DNA from: an uncultured Oscillospiraceae bacterium
Lineage (GTDB): Bacteria > Bacillota > Clostridia > Christensenellales > Aristaeellaceae
Assembly: GCA_964439295.1 (NCBI GenBank)
Contig: CAYTOU010000001.1
Span: 1 to 51,635 of the forward strand
Length of the DNA: 51,635 bases
Reading direction: 5' to 3'
Of this stretch, positions 27,644 through 34,452 are shown in pieces. The first letter of the stretch is position 1, and each line of letters begins with the position of its first letter. The translations under genes and the position numbers were made by a program. The notes beneath the pieces were generated by a model that saw only the letters and a program-made list of their open reading frames with translations, did not search any database and was not told the DNA's origin.

Positions 27644-29020
27644 TTAAGCCGCGGGCGCATCCTCCAGCTGCTTCATGGCGCGCTTAAACTGCACGGTAAA
27701 CAGTATCGCGGTGGTGGTCACGGCGAGTATATCGGCGACCGGCTCGGCGAGGAACACCGCGGTGGTCTTATCGGTCATTATCGCGGGCAGTATATATATA
27801 AGCGGTATCAGCAATATGACCTTGCGCAGCAGTGCCAGGAAGAGCGAACACTTTGCATTGCCCAGGGCGATAAACGTCTGCTGGCAGGCTATCTGCACGC
27901 CGAACACGCACGTGACCGCCATGTATATGCGCAGCGCGCGGCTCGCGAACTCGACCAAATCACTATCGCTGTTGAATATATATACGAACACCTGCGGCGC
28001 CAGCTGCACCGCCGCCCACAGTGCCGTGGAGTACGTAACGCAGCTGATAAGCAGCAGTCTAAACGCCTTGCGCACGCGTTCGGGCTTGCGCGCGCCGTAG
28101 TTATAGCTGACGACGGGCTGTGCGCCCTGAGTAAGTCCGGTTAGCGGCAGCATGGCCAACTGCATTACGCTGGTCAGTATGGTCATCGCGGCGACCGCCA
28201 GGTCACTGCCGTACTTTAGGAGCGATGAGTTAAAGCAAATGGATATAAGGCTTTCGGTGGACTGCATAATAAAGGGCGCAAGACCCAGCGCCACGCCGGG
28301 CAAAGCAATCTTCATGTCCAGGCGCAGGTATTCGCGGCGTATGCGCAGTGTGGTGCGCTTGCCGGTTAGAAAGCGCAGTATCCATATCATGGACACGCAC
28401 TGCGATATAATCGTGGCCAGTGCCGCGCCGCGCACGCCCATGCCGAACGTGAATATGAGTATCGGGTCAAGCACTATGTTTATAACCGCGCCTATTGTCA
28501 CGGTGAGCATGCTTTCGCGCGAAAAACCCTGCGCGGTAATGAACGCGTTTAGACCCAGAGTGAACTGCACAAACAGCGTGCCCAGGGCATATATGCGCAT
28601 ATAGTCAAGCGCGTAGCCAATCGTGTTTTCGCTGGCGCCGAACATCATCAGCAGCGGCTCGGCGAATATCAGTATCAGCACGGTCAGCACAATCGCTATA
28701 CCGGTCAAAAGCGTCACCGAATTGCCAAGTGTGCGTTCGGCGCTCTCCTTATCGCCCTTGCCCAAATATATCGACGCGCGCGATGCAGAGCCCATACTGA
28801 CCAGCGCCGCAAACGCCGATATCGCCATAATAAGCGGCATGCATACGCCCATGCCGGTCAGCGCCATCTGTCCCGTGCCCTCCATATGGCCGATATACAT
28901 GCGGTCGACCATGTTGTACAGCATGTTTATAAGCTGTGCCGTTATTGACGGTACGCTCAGGCGCACAAGCAGTTTGCCTATGCTCATGGTACCCAACTGT
29001 TCCGTATCCTTGGCCTGCAA
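27644..29020 (-). CDS. MATE-family efflux transporter
   Basis: Typical MATE N-terminus (LGTMSIGKLLVRLSVPSITAQL) and multi-pass hydrophobicity. Start placed at the TTG at 29020 (AAGGAGGA at 29028-29035, 7-nt spacer). The ORF-track extension to 29104 is the promoter region. Confidence 0.85.
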   Translation of the reverse strand: MQAKDTEQLGTMSIGKLLVRLSVPSITAQLINMLYNMVDRMYIGHMEGTGQMALTGMGVCMPLIMAISAFAALVSMGSASRASIYLGKGDKESAERTLGNSVTLLTGIAIVLTVLILIFAEPLLMMFGASENTIGYALDYMRIYALGTLFVQFTLGLNAFITAQGFSRESMLTVTIGAVINIVLDPILIFTFGMGVRGAALATIISQCVSMIWILRFLTGKRTTLRIRREYLRLDMKIALPGVALGLAPFIMQSTESLISICFNSSLLKYGSDLAVAAMTILTSVMQLAMLPLTGLTQGAQPVVSYNYGARKPERVRKAFRLLLISCVTYSTALWAAVQLAPQVFVYIFNSDSDLVEFASRALRIYMAVTCVFGVQIACQQTFIALGNAKCSLFLALLRKVILLIPLIYILPAIMTDKTTAVFLAEPVADILAVTTTAILFTVQFKRAMKQLEDAPAA

Positions 29021-29033
29021 ACCGAACTCCTCC

Positions 29034-29062
29034 TTGACACCCGTTTGTAGCAGGTGTATAAT
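29034..29062 (+). promoter_or_regulatory. Consensus sigma-A promoter of marR
   Basis: TTGACA (29034-29039), 17-nt spacer, TATAAT (29057-29062). The -35 box overlaps the RBS of the divergent MATE gene. Confidence 0.6.
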
Positions 29063-29072
29063 ATCAGTGCAT

Positions 29073-29094
29073 AACAGTATACATCTAAACTGTT
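29073..29094. promoter_or_regulatory. Inverted repeat AACAGT-N10-ACTGTT, candidate MarR operator
   Basis: Read directly. It covers the -10 and spacer of the MATE promoter and the first ~25 nt of the marR transcript. Confidence 0.4.
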
Positions 29095-29104
29095 TTTGTG
29101 TCAA
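29076..29104 (-). promoter_or_regulatory. Near-consensus sigma-A promoter of the MATE gene
   Basis: On the minus strand: TTGACA (29099-29104), 17-nt spacer, TATACT (29076-29081). Confidence 0.6.
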
Positions 29105-29125
29105 CCATCAGGAGGTTGTAAAAAC

Positions 29126-29566
29126 ATGAACAACGACACATACATCACATCCATTGTTAAATCGACTCGCCGCGTGCGAGAGCTGTACGACGAGGCGATA
29201 TCGCGTGCGGCATCCGAGTGCGGCATTACAAAGCCCGAGGCGGATGTGCTGCTGTTTTTGTACAACAATCCCACGCTCAATACGGCGCGCGACATAGTGT
29301 ACTATCGCGGCTTTTCAAAGGCGTATGTATCCAAGGCGGTCGAGCCGCTTTTACACCGCGGATACTTAAGTCAGGTATCGGACGCGCAGGATCGCCGCAA
29401 GCAGCTGCTAAGCATAAGCGGCGGAGAGGACATGATAAAAAAGCTGCATCGCGCGCAGGAAGAGTTTATGGACGAATTGACGCGCGACATACCTCAGAGC
29501 GATCTGGATGTTTTTCAGCGCGTAAGCGAACTGATGAACAAAAACGCCGAGCGCACCGCGAAATGA
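29126..29566 (+). CDS. MarR-family transcriptional regulator
   Basis: 146 aa of winged-HTH MarR type (ARDIVYYRGFSKAYVSKAVEPLLHRGYLSQVSDAQDRRKQLL). Start at the ATG at 29126 (AGGAGG at 29110-29115). Divergent from the MATE gene. Confidence 0.88.
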   Translation: MNNDTYITSIVKSTRRVRELYDEAISRAASECGITKPEADVLLFLYNNPTLNTARDIVYYRGFSKAYVSKAVEPLLHRGYLSQVSDAQDRRKQLLSISGGEDMIKKLHRAQEEFMDELTRDIPQSDLDVFQRVSELMNKNAERTAK

Positions 29567-29606
29567 AAAAAGCGGATCCGGGGCTTTACCCGCGATCCGC
29601 TTTTTT
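29566..29606. terminator. Bidirectional intrinsic terminator between marR and the DUF2207 gene
   Basis: A6, then an 11-bp stem (GCGGATCCGGG / CCCG(C)GATCCGC, one bulge), then T6. Confidence 0.8.
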
Positions 29607-29622
29607 CATTTTAATCCAGGCA

Positions 29623-31422
29623 TTAGAACGTACCGCCGCCGCCACCGCCGCCTGCGCCGCTGCCGCCACTGCTGCCCGCCGAGTCGCCGCGCGACATGAT
29701 GGAATGAGTGCATGAGCAGTAATGAGAGTACAGCAGGAAATCGAATCCGTCATCGCCCCACCAGCGCGACACGACCGCCTTACCGGATGCGCGCATGGCG
29801 TTGCAGTATTCGGGATCCAGCTTATCCAGACGCTTTGCGAGCTTGTTAGAGCAATCCAGTGCCAGCGCGTACACCATCAGCTGTTCCCACAGCTCGGCAT
29901 CGGCGGGCACATCGCTTGCCTCCCACTTGCTCCTGATCCACTTTTGCACGCTCTTCCACTCGTCATTTATGCGTGCGCCTTCTTCGGTGCGCTTTTTAGC
30001 GCAACACGCGTATGCGCCGATTATTATAAGCGGTGACGCGGCACACAATAGCATTGCGCTCGATGCCGAGTACGCGTCGTCCATGCACAAAAGCACTATA
30101 CCGCATATGAGCGACACCGCCGCGAGCACGATCATAGCTATGCCCACGAGCTTTTGCGCAAGCGGACGAGGCATAAACCAGTCGCGCGTTTTGACATCGT
30201 TTTCGACGATGGCGCTCCACTTTTTGCACTCTTCGCTATACGACCTTTTACCCGAGACATCCTCTATTTCCTCAAGACTGACCCTTTCGCCATCGCCCAG
30301 ACCCATGAGCCAGTTCATTACGAACTTTTCCTGCTCCGAGCAATCGTCCATGGGCTTATCGGTTCTGACATACTCCATGTCCTTTTTATCCGTGCCCATC
30401 ACGTAGATATAGCCGCGCCTTGCCAAATCCAGCATAACGGCGGCAATCGTGCCCGACGCGGGCGTGCCGCCGGCGATCAGTGCGTTTACTTCGGCGGGAC
30501 CTACATCGTCGCGCAGCGGCAGTGCGCTACCCGCTGTATACTCATTTATCTGAGGCTTAGGACTCTTACCCCACAGCACATAGGTCATGATGCCTATTAT
30601 AATGCTAATTACAAGCGCCGCCACAAGCACAGATGCGCATATAGCAAATATGGTATTTATCCTATTCTCTTGCGCTTTTTCCTGCGCGAGTATAGTATCA
30701 TGCATATCGGTTTCGGCGGTATAGCTCATATCGCACAGAGCTTCGGACGGGAACATTATCCTTACGCTGAACACATTGCCTTCGCCTGCGTCGTGGCCGG
30801 CTATTTCGATTACGCCGTCATCTTTTATGTCGCACGCATCGATATCCATGCCTTCGCGCTTTACGAGCACGTCTATATCGCCGCTAAAGTCGGCCGCAAA
30901 GCCGATATGCGCGGCATAGTTACTTATCTCCATTTCCCACGCGTCGCCCAGCAGCGGCATATCGATTACGCCCACGTCGCTATAGCGCTTACACACGCCA
31001 TAGAGCGTATAGCGGTACACCATATCGACTGTATCGCCGTCCGAGCAGGGCACGAACATATAGTATCTAATCAGGCCATTGGACATATTCTCGCCGTAGT
31101 ACACGCCCTGATCGCCCTTTTGAGCGGTTGTATCATATGTGAGCGGCTGCTCCACCCCATCGACCACCTGTGCCGCCTCCAAGTCGGAGCAGCCGCTACC
31201 GAAGCTGGGATCCACGTCCCTTGTGAAGCCGTTTATCTTATCTGTCGCGGTATACGTGATATGCTCTTCAAACGTCATTGAGCCATCTGCGTTTACGGTG
31301 ACGTACATATCAAAGTTATCCGCAGTCGCGTCGCCATCCGCCAGCGCTACCGATGCCGTCATCATTATCACCGCCAGCGCCACTGTCACTATCAATGTCG
31401 CCAGCCGTTTTACCTGTTTCAT
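29623..31422 (-). CDS. DUF2207-family membrane protein
   Basis: 599 aa with a signal/TM N-terminus, an extracytoplasmic domain, several TM helices and the family-typical Gly-rich C-terminus (SSGGSGAGGGGGGGTF). Confidence 0.8.
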   Translation of the reverse strand: MKQVKRLATLIVTVALAVIMMTASVALADGDATADNFDMYVTVNADGSMTFEEHITYTATDKINGFTRDVDPSFGSGCSDLEAAQVVDGVEQPLTYDTTAQKGDQGVYYGENMSNGLIRYYMFVPCSDGDTVDMVYRYTLYGVCKRYSDVGVIDMPLLGDAWEMEISNYAAHIGFAADFSGDIDVLVKREGMDIDACDIKDDGVIEIAGHDAGEGNVFSVRIMFPSEALCDMSYTAETDMHDTILAQEKAQENRINTIFAICASVLVAALVISIIIGIMTYVLWGKSPKPQINEYTAGSALPLRDDVGPAEVNALIAGGTPASGTIAAVMLDLARRGYIYVMGTDKKDMEYVRTDKPMDDCSEQEKFVMNWLMGLGDGERVSLEEIEDVSGKRSYSEECKKWSAIVENDVKTRDWFMPRPLAQKLVGIAMIVLAAVSLICGIVLLCMDDAYSASSAMLLCAASPLIIIGAYACCAKKRTEEGARINDEWKSVQKWIRSKWEASDVPADAELWEQLMVYALALDCSNKLAKRLDKLDPEYCNAMRASGKAVVSRWWGDDGFDFLLYSHYCSCTHSIMSRGDSAGSSGGSGAGGGGGGGTF

Positions 31423-31561
31423 ACATGCCTCCCTACTAAGTCAAAGCCCGATTGTTACCACGCCCATTTTACCATCTCGCACGCCCCGCCGCAATGCTTA
31501 CGCGTTAAAACCAGCGTATTACTAACCGAATGCAGCACATTTGATTACAAGGGGGGAACGC

Positions 31562-31587
31562 GCTTTCTTTTCGGGAGAAAAGAAAGC
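31562..31587. repeat. Perfect 11-bp polypyrimidine/polypurine hairpin (GCTTTCTTTTC-GGGA-GAAAAGAAAGC)
   Basis: Read directly. Not followed by a T-run on either strand. Confidence 0.9.
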
Positions 31588-31773
31588 TGCAAAGAAAAGC
31601 CTTTTGCCTGCGGCCTTTCTGATGCGGCAATGTCATGAGCAGGCAGGGGAACGGATCATTATTGGAAGTTGCGCTAGTAGATTAAAGCTACTGAACTCGC
31701 CATGAGCCAGCGGCGTTTCTTGTTTTGTGAGTTTGCCTCTCCCCTATTTTCGTTATCTATATCGTTTCGGGAC

Positions 31774-32022
31774 TCCGCGAATGGGATGTGTTTCGTATAG
31801 AGCGATTCCCCCGCGGATGTTCACCGCCGAACCCGTTCGGCGGCTCAATATAGACTCGGCAGTGCAGTTCACGCCCCACCATATATTAGAGTGGGGCGCG
31901 AAAACTTGTTTGCGGACGCGTTTCGAGTTGTATGAGTTGCCATCCGGCTCACGCCCGCCATATATTAAAGCGGGCGTGAGAAGTCGTATTGGTGGTGAGC
32001 GCGGTGAGTGTAACCTCTCCGC
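31774..32022. repeat. Cluster of five GC-rich palindromes/hairpins (REP-like or structured RNA)
   Basis: H0 31774-31817 (TCCGCG/CGCGGA). H1 31824-31843 (CCGCCGAAC/GTTCGGCGG). H2 31868-31902. H3 31948-31980. H4 32001-32022 (GCGGTGAG/CTCTCCGC). H2 and H3 share the loop CATATATTA(G/A)A. Confidence 0.8.
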
Positions 32023-32040
32023 ACTACTTACTCAAGCTAT

Positions 32041-32068
32041 TCCCTAATCCCTGTTCCCTAGTCCCTCT
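32041..32068. repeat. Tandem heptamer array (TCCCTNN)x4
   Basis: TCCCTAA TCCCTGT TCCCTAG TCCCTCT read directly. The array is bracketed by the 10-bp direct repeat ACTCAAGCTA (32030-32039 and 32084-32093). Confidence 0.9.
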
Positions 32069-32090
32069 AACGTAACCCTGCACACTCAAG

Positions 32091-33491
32091 CTAACAGCTG
32101 GCGCGCTCGCGCGCCGCCTCCATCTCCGCCTTTGCCCTAATGCCCTCTTCGGTGACCGGCTTTATCCACTTAAGGGATAGCATATACTTAAACTCTATCG
32201 GGAACTTGACCAATTCCTCTACCATTGAGGATATGAACACTATTATGAACGGGGCTTTAATCAGCATACCGGTAAGCAGCACCATGGGCACTGTTATCAG
32301 CCATATGCCGCCCACCTCCATGAACATGCCCATGCGCGACTCGCCGCCCGAGCGGAACAGATTGACCTGCAGGTAGTTGGTGTGGCGTATGGGTCCCAGT
32401 ATCATATACGCGGTCAGTATGTACGTGACGGTCAGGCGCACTTCATCCGATATATCGAACAGGCTCAGTAGCGGTCCGCGCATAAGCACCACGCACGCGC
32501 ATACTGTAAAGGATATCGCCGGGCACAAAAGCGTTACCCATCCGGAATACTGCTTTGCCTCGTTTAGGCTTCCCGCGCCCACGCGCTTGCCCACCATTAC
32601 GCAGCCCGCGTTGCTCAAGCCCCTAAAGAACGCGAACAGCAGTCCTTCAACGGTACGGAATATGCTCACCGCCGCCAGATTGCCCGCGCCCTGCCTGCCG
32701 TACACTATGTTTACGACGAGTGTCGCAAGGCTGTACATGACTTCATTTACCAATAGCGGTGAAGTCTTTATGAAGTACTCCTTTATAAATCTACCCGACC
32801 AATGATACATGCGGTTTATATGCGTCACGGCGATGTTCTTTTGCTTTATGCATACGATGACCAGCACGGCGGCATTGACTACCGCGGCGGCGACCGATGC
32901 TATAGCCGCGCCCACAACGCCCAGTTGAGGCGCGCCCAAGTTGCCGTATATAAGCAGCCAGTTGAGTCCGGTATTTGTGGCAATGGACGCAATCGAGGCT
33001 ATGAGCGGCAGCTTTACCTTTTCGGTAGAGCTGAGCAGCGAGGAAAGCGATGTGGAGAACGTCTGGAACAGGTATGCCACGCCCACTATGCGCAAATACT
33101 TCACGCCCATTGCGGCCACGTCCGGGTCGGTGACGTATATGTTCATTACCGTCTCCGGGAAGAAGCACGCAAGCGTGCCGAACACGAACGCTATGAACAT
33201 CATGCACGAATTGGTTAGGCCGTACGCGCGGCGTATGCCATCCTCGTCGTGTATGCCGTGATACTGCGATATAAACACGGTGCCGCCGCAGCACAGTCCC
33301 CAGTAGAAGCCGAACAGCAGGCTTCCGAACTGACCCGCCGCGCCGACCGCCGCCAGTGCCGTTTCGCCGCACGAGCCGACCATGAGCGAGTCGATGAACG
33401 ACAGCGAGCTGGTCAAAAGTCCCTGCATTGCCACGGGCAGACCCAGTCGCAGTATTTCCGCAAAGAATTCGCGATTGCCGAATTTGCGCAT
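32091..33491 (-). CDS. MATE-family efflux transporter
   Basis: 466 aa, multi-pass, with a MATE-type N-terminus (ILRLGLPVAMQGLLTSSLSFIDSLMVG). The last codons (A S C stop) come from the AGCTGTTAGC repeat end. Confidence 0.85.
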   Translation of the reverse strand: MRKFGNREFFAEILRLGLPVAMQGLLTSSLSFIDSLMVGSCGETALAAVGAAGQFGSLLFGFYWGLCCGGTVFISQYHGIHDEDGIRRAYGLTNSCMMFIAFVFGTLACFFPETVMNIYVTDPDVAAMGVKYLRIVGVAYLFQTFSTSLSSLLSSTEKVKLPLIASIASIATNTGLNWLLIYGNLGAPQLGVVGAAIASVAAAVVNAAVLVIVCIKQKNIAVTHINRMYHWSGRFIKEYFIKTSPLLVNEVMYSLATLVVNIVYGRQGAGNLAAVSIFRTVEGLLFAFFRGLSNAGCVMVGKRVGAGSLNEAKQYSGWVTLLCPAISFTVCACVVLMRGPLLSLFDISDEVRLTVTYILTAYMILGPIRHTNYLQVNLFRSGGESRMGMFMEVGGIWLITVPMVLLTGMLIKAPFIIVFISSMVEELVKFPIEFKYMLSLKWIKPVTEEGIRAKAEMEAARERASC

Positions 33492-33553
33492 ATGTGCATC
33501 CTCCCAAAATGCATGTATTGAAATTTATTAAAATTTATTAAAGCAAAAAGGCG

Positions 33554-33592
33554 CTTAAAAAAGCCGCACGCCTGAAATATCAGACGCGCAGC
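33554..33592 (-). terminator. Strand-specific intrinsic terminator after the comEA-like gene
   Basis: On the minus strand GCUGCGCGUCUGA / UCAGGCGUGCGGC form a 13-bp stem including three G-U pairs (A-C mismatches on the plus strand), followed by U6. Confidence 0.7.
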
Positions 33593-33612
33593 TTTGCCTT
33601 TTAAAAAATCGG

Positions 33613-33960
33613 CTACTGATCGCCCACGCGTATGCGATCACGCATTCCGTTAAGAGTCTTTTCGCCTATGCCTTCCACATTAAGTAGATCCTCAATGCTT
33701 TGGTACGGGCGACCTTCTATGATTCGCTCGGCGGTCTTTTCGCCCACGCCGGGCAGACTGGTAAGCAGGGACGCATCCGCGCTGTTTATATCAATCAGTG
33801 CGCTGACCGGCGGCTTATAATTTGCCACCTCGACCACTAACTGATTGCGTGCCGAATTTATGCGCACCATGGATACGGCGACAAGCGCTATGCATATCAC
33901 TGCCAGCACTATATAGCCGCGCTCGCGCATCAACGCATCACGCATGCTTATGTCCGTCAA
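33613..33960 (-). CDS. ComEA-like helix-hairpin-helix DNA-binding protein
   Basis: 115 aa with an N-terminal TM anchor followed by INSADASLLTSLPGVGEKTAERIIEGRPYQSIEDLLNVEGIGEKT (tandem HhH). The start is uncertain: Met codons at 33960, 33945 and 33930. Confidence 0.75.
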   Translation of the reverse strand: MTDISMRDALMRERGYIVLAVICIALVAVSMVRINSARNQLVVEVANYKPPVSALIDINSADASLLTSLPGVGEKTAERIIEGRPYQSIEDLLNVEGIGEKTLNGMRDRIRVGDQ

Positions 33961-34417
33961 AGCCCTCCAGCTCGCTGGTGCAGTGCGGGCAGCGCGTGGC
34001 GGCCTTGTCTATGACGCTCATGCAGTACGGGCACTTGCGGTCGGGCTCCTTAGCGGGCTCCTTTGCAGCCGCGGGGTTGAGCGTGTGCAGCTTGTTAATG
34101 AGCTTGACAAACATGAATATGCACAGCGCAATCAGGAAAAAGTCGATTACCGTGGACAGGAAAGAGCCGTACTTGAACACAGCCGCGCCCGCCGCCTCGG
34201 CAGCCGCGGACGATGCGTACGTATTGCCGTCCAGCGCGATAAAGAGATCGCCTATGTTAATGCGACCGGTAATGAGGCTCAGCAGCGGCATGAACAGATC
34301 GTTGACCAGAGATGTGGTGATCTTACCGAACGCGCTGCCGATCATAACACCGACTGCCATGTCGATTACATTGCCCTTGAAGGCAAATGCCTTGAATTCC
34401 TGTATGAACTTTTTCAT
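33938..34417 (-). CDS. mscL: Large-conductance mechanosensitive channel with C-terminal zinc-ribbon-like tail
   Basis: N-terminus MKKFIQEFKAFAFKGNVIDMAVGVMIGSAFG is diagnostic. The C-terminal extension carries CPYC...CPHC. Confidence 0.88.
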   Translation of the reverse strand: MKKFIQEFKAFAFKGNVIDMAVGVMIGSAFGKITTSLVNDLFMPLLSLITGRINIGDLFIALDGNTYASSAAAEAAGAAVFKYGSFLSTVIDFFLIALCIFMFVKLINKLHTLNPAAAKEPAKEPDRKCPYCMSVIDKAATRCPHCTSELEGFDGHKHA

Positions 34418-34452
34418 AAGTCCATTCCTCCCCCATGTGTCCCGATTTTTAA

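Noticed and set aside
31868-31980. Mini CRISPR array
   Set aside because: There are only two repeat copies and the repeats are themselves long palindromes with an AT loop. The spacing is single and irregular, and there are no cas genes or leader.
31727-32047. 106-aa ORF in the gene-free interval
   Set aside because: It has a non-ATG start and no RBS. It reads straight through four palindromes, so the peptide similarity merely reflects the DNA repeats, and its composition is not protein-like.
32041-32068. Telomere-like CCCTAA repeat
   Set aside because: Only the first unit reads CCCTAA. The other units differ (TCCCTGT, TCCCTAG, TCCCTCT). This is a bacterial chromosome context, so the resemblance is coincidental.
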